Shown here one piece after another: positions 18,543 to 26,178 of a stretch of DNA of 27,406 nt (position 1 is its first letter; the number at the start of each line of letters is the position of its first letter). The DNA is from a virus (taxonomy: Duplodnaviria > Caudoviricetes). Made by a program: the position numbers and the translations under genes. Location of the stretch: positions 1 to 27,406 of the IMG/VR virus record IMGVR_UViG_3300017774_006498. The stretch is one strand, 5' to 3'. Below the pieces are notes generated by a model. It had not been told where the DNA came from. It did no database searches and saw only the letters and a program-made list of their open reading frames with translations.

Positions 18543-20063
18543 ATGAACACTAAATTAACAAGTATCTCAAGTAGTTTTCCATATAGTGGAAGTTTAATAC
18601 ACATAGTAAATCCTAATGACACTGCACAGAACTCATCAGGTTCATCTTTTAAAACATCTTTGCTATTAGTAGAAAATTCTTTTCTAACAGCAAGTAGTAA
18701 TACTGAAATTATTTTTAATAGTGGTAGTAGATTTGATGGTACGGGTTCATTTGTTTTTAATTATCGAAGTCAAAGTTTACAACAAGGATTTGCAGTTACA
18801 GCAAGTGGATTATATTCACATGCAGAGGGACAATATACTCAAGCAAAAGGAGTTTACTCACATGCAGAAGGTGAAGGTACAATAGCATCAGGATCTTATT
18901 CACATGCAGAAGGACTAAGTACAATAGCTAACGAAGAAGGTGCTCACGCCGAAGGCGATACTACAATAGCATTAGGCAACGGTTCACATGCAGAAGGATT
19001 CTTAACAACAGCATCAGGAGATTACTCACATGCTGAAGGAGAAAGTACAGAAGCAAGAGCAAACGCTTCACATGCTGAAGGATTTGAAACAACTTCATCA
19101 GGTTCATACTCACATGCTGAAGGATATAATACAATAGCATTAGAACAATACTCACATGCAGAAGGATATTATACAACAGCAATAGGAATAGGCTCACATG
19201 CAGAGGGTAGTGAGACATTATCATCAGGAGAGGCTTCACATGCAGAAGGATACGCCTTTCAAGGTGTTGGAGGAGATATATTTCCAACATCACAAGGAAA
19301 TGGATCACACGCAGAAGGTCGAGGTACCTTGGCAAAAGGAAATGGATCACATGCAGAGGGATCTTCTTTAGATGATGGAATAGATACAAACTATATACTA
19401 ACAGCATCAGGATCTTTTTCCCATGCAGAGGGAGCAGCTACACTAGCACAAGGACAATATTCACATGCAGAAGGGTACTTTACCACAGCATCAGGAGAGT
19501 CTTCACATGCAGAAGGATATTCTACAAAAGCAATAGGTGCAAGCTCACATGCCGAAGGATATGGTGCACAAGCAACAGGATCTTATTCACATGCAGAAGG
19601 AGCTAGTACACAAGCAAGAGGAACCTATTCACATGCTGAAGGAATAAGCACCATAGCGATAGGCACAGCATCACATGCAGAAGGGTATTATACAGTAGCA
19701 TCAGGATCTTACCAACACGTTCAGGGTCAATATAACATATCATCCTCAGCACAATCTGCTTTCATTATAGGAAATGGAACAGCAGATGGTAGTAGACGTA
19801 ATTTAGTATTTGCATCAGGAAGTACTTTTCAAGTAACAGGATCTGCACAAGTAACAGGATCATTACTAGTAACAGGCTCATTACAAGTAACAGGATCAGC
19901 TATAATCAATAATATATTAACACTTACTCCAAGAACAACAACACCAACAGAAGCAACAACAGGTAGTATAATAATGTCAGGAAGCTCAGGAGCAAATATA
20001 AACCTATATGTTTATACAGGAGCAGGAGCAAATAATGGATGGGCAAAAATAACAGCAGTATAA
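18543..20063 (+). CDS. Tail fibre/adhesin with 14-aa SHAEG repeats (YadA-head-like beta-roll)
   Basis: 20 [SA]HAEG units, mostly at 14-aa period, then QHVQGQYN...AFIIGNG...RRN neck-like motif and VTGS repeats. Confidence 0.8.
   Translation: MNTKLTSISSSFPYSGSLIHIVNPNDTAQNSSGSSFKTSLLLVENSFLTASSNTEIIFNSGSRFDGTGSFVFNYRSQSLQQGFAVTASGLYSHAEGQYTQAKGVYSHAEGEGTIASGSYSHAEGLSTIANEEGAHAEGDTTIALGNGSHAEGFLTTASGDYSHAEGESTEARANASHAEGFETTSSGSYSHAEGYNTIALEQYSHAEGYYTTAIGIGSHAEGSETLSSGEASHAEGYAFQGVGGDIFPTSQGNGSHAEGRGTLAKGNGSHAEGSSLDDGIDTNYILTASGSFSHAEGAATLAQGQYSHAEGYFTTASGESSHAEGYSTKAIGASSHAEGYGAQATGSYSHAEGASTQARGTYSHAEGISTIAIGTASHAEGYYTVASGSYQHVQGQYNISSSAQSAFIIGNGTADGSRRNLVFASGSTFQVTGSAQVTGSLLVTGSLQVTGSAIINNILTLTPRTTTPTEATTGSIIMSGSSGANINLYVYTGAGANNGWAKITAV
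18813..19727 (+). repeat. 42-nt-period SHAEG coding repeat array
   Basis: Recurrent TCACATGC(A/T)GA(A/G)GG core; units 11 and 13 carry 9-10 aa insertions. Confidence 0.9.
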
Positions 20064-20079
20064 AAGTAAACTAAACAAT

Positions 20080-20400
20080 ATGACAACAACTTGGAAAATT
20101 ATTGACTTAAAAAGTCAAATAGCAGACGGATTAGTTACCAAAGTAATCTACGAATGTAGAGTACGACTAGACGATATTGTAGCTAGAAAAATAAACGAAA
20201 TGGCTTTAGTAGGAGATCCAACTAAACCAAATTACATACCATTTACACAACTGCTAGAAGAAGACGTACTTCAATGGGTTGCAGCATTACTAGGACAAGC
20301 ACAAATTACTACAATAGAAACAGAACTTAAAGATACTGTAACAGCTCGTAAAACACAAAAAGATGCTATAACAGAAATAAGTGGTATTCCTTGGATCTAA
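20080..20400 (+). CDS. Small tail-fibre-associated protein (possible assembly chaperone)
   Basis: TWKI...V..V.Y...YIPFTQL.EEDVLQWV...LG...PW pattern recalls small proteins next to phage fibre genes; directly downstream of the SHAEG fibre. Confidence 0.55.
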   Translation: MTTTWKIIDLKSQIADGLVTKVIYECRVRLDDIVARKINEMALVGDPTKPNYIPFTQLLEEDVLQWVAALLGQAQITTIETELKDTVTARKTQKDAITEISGIPWI

Positions 20401-20425
20401 TAAACAAAGTAATTAAAAATAAAAC

Positions 20426-21202
20426 ATGCCAACATACGTAATATCTTATACTCAAGGAAATACCCCTGGTCCCTTTGATGTTTATTTATCAGGGAGTAGT
20501 GGATTAACTCTATATGCTTCTAATGTACCTCAATATCAATTAGTTAATGGCTACACAGTAACATTTCCTAATGGAATACCTTCATCATCTGTAGCAGTGT
20601 TTGATCTGTCTTTTGGTTGTTTTACCGATCAAAATGTTCCTTTCCCCTCAGTATCCCCATCTATTACTCCTTCAATTACTATAACACCATCAATAACTGT
20701 ATCTCCAAGTAAAACACCAAGTAAAACACCATCAGTAACTGTAACACCTAGTGTTACTCCTAGTGTTACTCCTCCACCCTCAGTAACTAGAACACCTTCA
20801 GTAACCCCATCTATATCGGTATCATCCGGCGCTTCGCCTACACCTACACCAACGCCTAGTGTAACCAGAACACCATCTCTTAGTACCCCACCAAATTATC
20901 TTACTATAGGGATAACCCCTGGATCTGATGAGGCATATGTGGCATGCTATGAATTTAATCAATATGGATATAGCGGATATGTATATGTGCCAGATCCACC
21001 AGGATTAGTATTAGGAGCTCTAGTATACGAAATAGTACCGGGTGTGGGTTATAATCTTTTTCCAGGTGGAGATTTATGGTATGCTATGGGGGATTCATCG
21101 ATTCTGAATAATAATGCTTTTCAAATTAGTAATGAGGGAGAAATAATATCTGTTGATCCGACCCAATGTATTTCAATACCTCCAGAAATAGTACCTGATT
21201 AA
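20426..21202 (+). CDS. Putative virion decoration/adhesin protein, paralog 1 (N-domain, PST linker, C-domain)
   Basis: 258 aa; N-terminus nearly identical to 21293..22048; TPS repeat linker. Confidence 0.75.
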   Translation: MPTYVISYTQGNTPGPFDVYLSGSSGLTLYASNVPQYQLVNGYTVTFPNGIPSSSVAVFDLSFGCFTDQNVPFPSVSPSITPSITITPSITVSPSKTPSKTPSVTVTPSVTPSVTPPPSVTRTPSVTPSISVSSGASPTPTPTPSVTRTPSLSTPPNYLTIGITPGSDEAYVACYEFNQYGYSGYVYVPDPPGLVLGALVYEIVPGVGYNLFPGGDLWYAMGDSSILNNNAFQISNEGEIISVDPTQCISIPPEIVPD

Positions 21203-21213
21203 ATATGTTCTTT

Positions 21214-21232
21214 ATATTTATAATATAAATAT
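21214..21232. promoter_or_regulatory. Inverted pair of ATATTTATA motifs
   Basis: ATATTTATA-A-TATAAATAT: perfect 9-bp inverted repeat in the gap between the two paralogs. Confidence 0.55.
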
Positions 21233-21292
21233 CCGGCGATTTAGGTTAAATAATAAAAAAAAAATAATATTTTAATTCAATTGTAAAATAAC

Positions 21293-22048
21293 ATGCCAAC
21301 ATACGTAATATCTTATACTCAAGGAAATACCCCTGGTCCTTTTGATATTTATCTATCAGGAAGCAGCGGATTAACTCTATATGCTTCTAATGTGCAGCAG
21401 TATGAATTACTTAACGGATACACAGTAACCTTTCCTGATGGAATACCTTCATCATCTGTAGATATATTTGATGTGTCTTTTGGTTGTTTTACCGATCAAA
21501 ATATCCCATGGCCTTCAGTATCCCCATCTATTACCCCTTCAATTACTATAACACCATCTAGAACACCATCAATAACTGTATCTCCAAGTAAAACACCTTC
21601 GATAACAAGAACACCTAGTATTACTCCTAGTCGCACTCCTCCACCCTCAATAACTAGAACACCTTCAGTAACCCCATCTATATCTACATCACCTGATGCT
21701 TCACCTTCACCTACACCAACACCTAGTATAACCAGAACACCATCTCCTAGTCCACCACCAAATTATCTTGTTTTAGCGTCAACTCCTGGACTTCCTCAGG
21801 GGTATCTGGCATGTTATAACTTTAATACATTGGGTTTCAGTCAGTGGTTCTATTTACAAGACCCACCAGGAGTAGTACTAGGAAATACAGTATATCAATT
21901 AGTACTGGGTGTGGGTTATACTCCTTTAGTTGGTGGAGATTTATGGTATGCTATGGGGAATTCAGCTGTAAATATCCCTACAGCTTATCAAATTAATGAC
22001 GACGGGGTGATAATAAATTCTTGTTGTTTTTTATGTATTCAAGTTTAA
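21293..22048 (+). CDS. Putative virion decoration/adhesin protein, paralog 2
   Basis: 251 aa; tandem duplicate of 20426..21202 with a more diverged C-terminal domain. Confidence 0.75.
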   Translation: MPTYVISYTQGNTPGPFDIYLSGSSGLTLYASNVQQYELLNGYTVTFPDGIPSSSVDIFDVSFGCFTDQNIPWPSVSPSITPSITITPSRTPSITVSPSKTPSITRTPSITPSRTPPPSITRTPSVTPSISTSPDASPSPTPTPSITRTPSPSPPPNYLVLASTPGLPQGYLACYNFNTLGFSQWFYLQDPPGVVLGNTVYQLVLGVGYTPLVGGDLWYAMGNSAVNIPTAYQINDDGVIINSCCFLCIQV

Positions 22049-22060
22049 TTATATATTAAT

Positions 22061-22408
22061 ATGTCATTTTCACCACCGCCAAGCTTTAATATTACCTTCC
22101 AGAATGAAGTAACTATTTATCAACAAAATGTGATTTGTCATGTTAAGGAGAATGAATTTAATCTTTCATACAATCCAACATTATTACAGGATAATTTATT
22201 TTCAGGAAGTAATTTTGAATCACAATCATTAAATACTCCTTTACCTCAGGTAAAAGATTTTGCAACAGCATCATATTTTGAACCTTATGTTACAACTATA
22301 AGTTTATATAATGAAGAAAATACCCTATTAGCAGTTGCTAAATTAGGACAACCTATATCACTGTCACAAAACACAGATATGACATTTGTAATTAGATACG
22401 ATAAGTAA
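22061..22408 (+). CDS. Stand-alone C-terminal tail-collar-like domain (paralog of the 15655 C-terminus)
   Basis: CHVKENEFNLSYNPT...YVTTISLYNEENTLLAVAKLGQPI aligns with TRVKNQDFNYTTNPS...FITTIGLYNDQNELLAVAKLSRPL. Confidence 0.75.
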   Translation: MSFSPPPSFNITFQNEVTIYQQNVICHVKENEFNLSYNPTLLQDNLFSGSNFESQSLNTPLPQVKDFATASYFEPYVTTISLYNEENTLLAVAKLGQPISLSQNTDMTFVIRYDK

Positions 22409-22409
22409 G

Positions 22410-23075
22410 ATGATTAAACTAGTAGATATATTAAACGAATTAAATATTCAAAAAAAAACATCGTTAGGTAGTGGAGCACAACAGTTGGTTTATCCTTATT
22501 TAAAAGATCCAAATTATGTTGTAAAAACATTCTATTCTCCGTGGAATAAAGATAAAGATAATCAACCTGTTATTGATAAATATGAGATAATAGATTATCT
22601 TAAAATGTTAAAACTATATCCAAAATATATAGCTAACATTATAATTCCGGATAAAAATAAAAAATATTACTTTCAAGAAAAAGTAGATGTAAAAAAAGCA
22701 CAAGAAGATATATGGGATGTTGTTGTAAAAGTAACAAAAAAAGCAGCATTAGATTTAGAAAAAAAATATAAAACACCAAACGAGGCATATGATGATTTAA
22801 ATATTGGTGAAATATTTGCTAATGCTGATAGTTGGGAAAGTATAAAAAATATAAATGATATAGATGATTTTTACGATATTAATTATGGAGAAGGAATACC
22901 AATGAATGATTTATTTGGCGATTATATTTATAATAATTACTCTAAAAATATACCATTAGTACAAAAATTAAAACCAGTTTGGGATATAGGTAAAACAATG
23001 ACACAATTTGGGTCTTTTCATGAAGATAATTTAGGATATGATAAAGATAAAAATTTTAAAATAATAGATTTATAA
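22410..23075 (+). CDS. Protein-kinase-like fold protein with MIKLVDILNE leader
   Basis: Gly loop LGSGAQQLVY, VVK lysine, FQEKV, and HEDNLG...KIIDL catalytic/metal-loop-like motifs. Confidence 0.6.
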   Translation: MIKLVDILNELNIQKKTSLGSGAQQLVYPYLKDPNYVVKTFYSPWNKDKDNQPVIDKYEIIDYLKMLKLYPKYIANIIIPDKNKKYYFQEKVDVKKAQEDIWDVVVKVTKKAALDLEKKYKTPNEAYDDLNIGEIFANADSWESIKNINDIDDFYDINYGEGIPMNDLFGDYIYNNYSKNIPLVQKLKPVWDIGKTMTQFGSFHEDNLGYDKDKNFKIIDL

Positions 23076-23092
23076 TAAAATAAAACAACGTT

Positions 23093-23524
23093 ATGAAAAA
23101 TAAATGGATACACTCTGAGGATTTTAATCCCGAAGACTATACAGGTTTTGTTTACAAAATTACAAACCTTACAAATGGAAAATTCTATATTGGGAAGAAA
23201 TCGTTCTTCCATAACACTAATGTTAAATTAGGTAAAAAGGAATTAGCCGCCTTACCCACAGCTCGTGGTAAAAAACCCTCAACTAAATTAGTTATTAAAG
23301 AAAGCAATTGGGAAGATTATTGGGGTTCAAATAAAGAACTAATACAAGACGTTAAAGAATTAGGACCAGAACATTTTGAATGTCTTATCTTACGTTTATG
23401 TAAAACTAAAAAACAACTTACTTACTTTGAAGTACACCACCAATGCCTTAGCGATTGTTTATTAGGCGCTAATTCGTATAACGATAACATATTGGCTAAG
23501 TTTTTCCGTCGAGATTTTATTTAA
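23093..23524 (+). CDS. GIY-YIG family nuclease (free-standing, single domain)
   Basis: GFVYKITNLTNGKFYIGKK motif, W..YWGS, a conserved-looking E (YFE) and YNDNI. Confidence 0.8.
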   Translation: MKNKWIHSEDFNPEDYTGFVYKITNLTNGKFYIGKKSFFHNTNVKLGKKELAALPTARGKKPSTKLVIKESNWEDYWGSNKELIQDVKELGPEHFECLILRLCKTKKQLTYFEVHHQCLSDCLLGANSYNDNILAKFFRRDFI

Positions 23525-23529
23525 TATCG

Positions 23530-23561
23530 CTTGGATCCCTCAGAAATTTCCATTACCTTAA
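23530..23561 (+). promoter_or_regulatory. Putative host-sigma (Bacteroidota -33/-7-like) promoter for primase/nuclease genes
   Basis: CTTGG, then 20 nt from TTG to TACCTTAA (cf. TTTG-N19-21-TAnnTTTG); same geometry as 1502-1533. Confidence 0.55.
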
Positions 23562-23588
23562 CCCTACAGGTTTGATAAAACAGTAAAA

Positions 23589-24548
23589 ATGGAGATAAAA
23601 GAAGAGGGAATAAGGGAAAAAATGTTGCTAACGTTAATAGAATCGGTATTAGGAAAGGGGCGGTCTACTGCTCGTAATAATGCCGCATTTACTTGTCCAT
23701 TTTGCCACCATTCTAAACCGAAGTTAGAACTACAAATACGCACTAACGATAAAAAGGAAAATCCTTGGCATTGTTGGTCGTGTGATGAAAAGGGTAAAAC
23801 CGTGTCTTCATTGTTTAAAAAATTAAAGGCACCACAACATAAAATTCAAGACCTATATTCATTAATTAAACCGGGTACTAAACAAGAAACGGTTGTTAAT
23901 GCACTTTCTTTACCTAAGGAATTTATTCCTCTTTCTTGCGCTAGTCAAATGGACGGAATGTCTGCTATTGAGGCCAAACATGCAATTAAATTTTTAAAGC
24001 AACGAGGTATTACGGAAAATGATGTTTTAAAATATAATATTGGGTTTTGCGCTAACGGCAATTTTGCCCATCGTATTGTAGTTCCCTCTTATGATGAACA
24101 TGGAAACCTAAATTATTTTAGCACTCGAACATATCGTAAAGATGAACCACAAAAATATAAAAATCCACCTGCTGGAAGAAATATTATAGGTTGGGAATAT
24201 TATATAAATTGGAATGTTCCACTTATCCTAGTTGAAGGTATATTTGATGCCTTAACTATTAAACGTAATGTAATCCCTTTATTTGGTAAATCAATCTCAG
24301 AAGAACTAATGAAAAAAATCGTTGGTTCTCAAGTGCAAAAGGTATATATTGCTCTAGATAATGATGCTTTAAAAGACGCAATTAAACATTGTGAGAAATT
24401 ATTATCATATGGTAAAGAAGTATATTTAGTAGAATTAGACGGTAAAGACGCTAATGAAATTGGTTTCACCCATTTCTTAGATATACTTGAACAAACCCAG
24501 CCTCTTACATTCTCCGCCTTAATTAGTAAAAAAATAGAATTAATATGA
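23589..24548 (+). CDS. DNA primase (DnaG-like, zinc-binding + TOPRIM)
   Basis: CPFCHH...WHCWSC zinc finger; FLKQRGI; RIVVP; KYKNP; TOPRIM LVEGIFDAL and ALDND; KDANE. Confidence 0.92.
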   Translation: MEIKEEGIREKMLLTLIESVLGKGRSTARNNAAFTCPFCHHSKPKLELQIRTNDKKENPWHCWSCDEKGKTVSSLFKKLKAPQHKIQDLYSLIKPGTKQETVVNALSLPKEFIPLSCASQMDGMSAIEAKHAIKFLKQRGITENDVLKYNIGFCANGNFAHRIVVPSYDEHGNLNYFSTRTYRKDEPQKYKNPPAGRNIIGWEYYINWNVPLILVEGIFDALTIKRNVIPLFGKSISEELMKKIVGSQVQKVYIALDNDALKDAIKHCEKLLSYGKEVYLVELDGKDANEIGFTHFLDILEQTQPLTFSALISKKIELI

Positions 24549-25330
24549 TAGACAAAAATGCAAATGTTATCAAGGATCCTAAGATCAAACGTATTGTAGA
24601 ATACAGTGCCGATAACAAACAAATTAACGTTTTAGACCAACGTTTTTACAGACGTAACGAGAAATACTACCCTTCAGTATCCAGTATCCTTAATTATTTC
24701 CCTAAGAACCAGTTTTTTCATGCTTGGTTAAAGGACGTAGGACACAATTCAGATATTATTGCCTCTAAAGCCGCAGCCGAAGGTACTCAAGTACATACTG
24801 CTATTGATGATTTTTTAAATGGAGTAGAAATCAATTGGTTAGATGAATGGGGTAATGCTAAATATTCACTTGACGTTTGGAAAATGATTTTAAAATTCGC
24901 CGACTTTTGGAATACACATAAACCAGAACTAGTAGCAACCGAATACCATTTATTTTCAGATGATCATGAATACGCAGGTACAACAGATATTGTTTGTCGT
25001 TTAAATAAACAGTTATGGTTACTAGATAATAAAACATCTAATTCATTACATACGTCTATGGATTTACAGTTAGCATCTTATGCTAAAGCATGGAACGAAA
25101 CTCACGATGAAAAAATTGAGCGAACAGGTATTTTATGGTTAAAAGCAGCCACTCGTGGTGAAGATAAAGGCGGTAAGAAAATACAAGGTAAAGGATGGCA
25201 ATTAAAAGAAATAGATGAAATTGAAAGAAATTTTGAAATGTTCCTTAAAATATATGACATTTATAAATTAGAAAACCCTAACGCAAAACCTGTAACTGAA
25301 ACACTACCAACGACTTGTAAGATAGAGTAG
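24545..25330 (+). CDS. PD-(D/E)XK (RecB/Cas4-like) exonuclease
   Basis: YPSVSSIL, GTQVH, E...YAGTTD...LLDNKTS...QLASYA motifs; ATGATAG-type 4-nt overlap with the primase gene in the ORF track. Confidence 0.85.
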   Translation: MIDKNANVIKDPKIKRIVEYSADNKQINVLDQRFYRRNEKYYPSVSSILNYFPKNQFFHAWLKDVGHNSDIIASKAAAEGTQVHTAIDDFLNGVEINWLDEWGNAKYSLDVWKMILKFADFWNTHKPELVATEYHLFSDDHEYAGTTDIVCRLNKQLWLLDNKTSNSLHTSMDLQLASYAKAWNETHDEKIERTGILWLKAATRGEDKGGKKIQGKGWQLKEIDEIERNFEMFLKIYDIYKLENPNAKPVTETLPTTCKIE

Positions 25331-25338
25331 TTTCGTAG

Positions 25339-25347
25339 ATATTTATA
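25339..25347 (+). promoter_or_regulatory. ATATTTATA motif, putative late promoter
   Basis: Exact motif in intergenic gap, 22 nt before ATG 25370. Confidence 0.6.
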
Positions 25348-25369
25348 TGTAGTACTTACTATGCATTAA

Positions 25370-26176
25370 ATGAAAGATAAATCTCTATTAAATAAAGAAT
25401 TGGTTAAAGAGTTCATGAAACATGTTACTAAAGAACTTAAACTAGATTCCCTACCTAAAATAAAATTTTCTAACGATTCCCAAGAAGCCGTCGAACATGG
25501 TTCTTGGGGTGGATATAGACCTGAGGAAAAATCTATCCGTATAGTAATAGCTAAACGACATCCCGCAGATATATTTAGAACATTAGCTCATGAATTAGTT
25601 CATTACAAACAAGATGTTACTGGGCGTCTACAGCCCGGAGATGGTAAAACAGGTAGTGATGTTGAGAATGAAGCTAATTCTAGAGCAGCTATTATTATGC
25701 GTAATTTTGCTCAAGAAAAACCTAGTTTATTTGAGCATTTAATTACTGAATTGGGAGATGATTTAAATAAGGCTTTACCTTTTGATTATATTGGAGGTAA
25801 ATATAATGAATATACTTTTACAACAGATCAAAATGAATATAAAGTAGCATTCAAACTAGATGGTAAAAACAGATATGAGCGAGTATATCATACTACAAAC
25901 AGACCTTTAGGCTCTAATTTTGAAGATACTCAAGAAGGAAAACCGCTTCAAATTAATGCAACTGTAATGGCTATTACCTTAGATTTTATGAAACGTACTC
26001 CTGATTTTACTATGATTTATATAGTACCTTTAGATAGAAGAAGATATAATATAGTATTAACATACGTAAAAAATAATTTACCTTCTCAATACTCATTTGA
26101 AGCGGAAGCTAATGAAGGAGAAGATATAATAGCAATATATAATTCACCAACTCCACCAAACGATATAGAAATATAG
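25370..26176 (+). CDS. Two-domain protein: HExxH zincin-like metallopeptidase plus uncharacterised C-terminal domain
   Basis: GGY...I.I...RTLAHELVHYKQ...ENEANS zincin motif (HELVH at 25589-25603); second domain starts after LITE (25739-25750). Confidence 0.7.
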   Translation: MKDKSLLNKELVKEFMKHVTKELKLDSLPKIKFSNDSQEAVEHGSWGGYRPEEKSIRIVIAKRHPADIFRTLAHELVHYKQDVTGRLQPGDGKTGSDVENEANSRAAIIMRNFAQEKPSLFEHLITELGDDLNKALPFDYIGGKYNEYTFTTDQNEYKVAFKLDGKNRYERVYHTTNRPLGSNFEDTQEGKPLQINATVMAITLDFMKRTPDFTMIYIVPLDRRRYNIVLTYVKNNLPSQYSFEAEANEGEDIIAIYNSPTPPNDIEI

Positions 26177-26178
26177 TT

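Noticed and set aside
18813-19727. CRISPR-like array (conserved core with variable spacers at 42-nt period)
   Set aside because: The period is a multiple of 3, the core varies at synonymous positions and encodes SHAEG within a long ORF; no cas operon is present.
20880-22048. Diversity-generating retroelement TR/VR pair in the duplicated genes
   Set aside because: Mismatches involve all four bases rather than adenines only, both copies are intact ORFs with indels, and no reverse transcriptase is in the window.
23093-23524. Intron-encoded or mobile homing endonuclease
   Set aside because: Single short GIY-YIG domain without evident C-terminal DNA-binding repeats; no interrupted host gene or intron structure seen around it.
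24545-25330. Cas4 / CRISPR adaptation gene
   Set aside because: Lacks the four-Cys Fe-S cluster pattern of Cas4 and sits beside primase, fitting an ordinary phage PD-(D/E)XK exonuclease.
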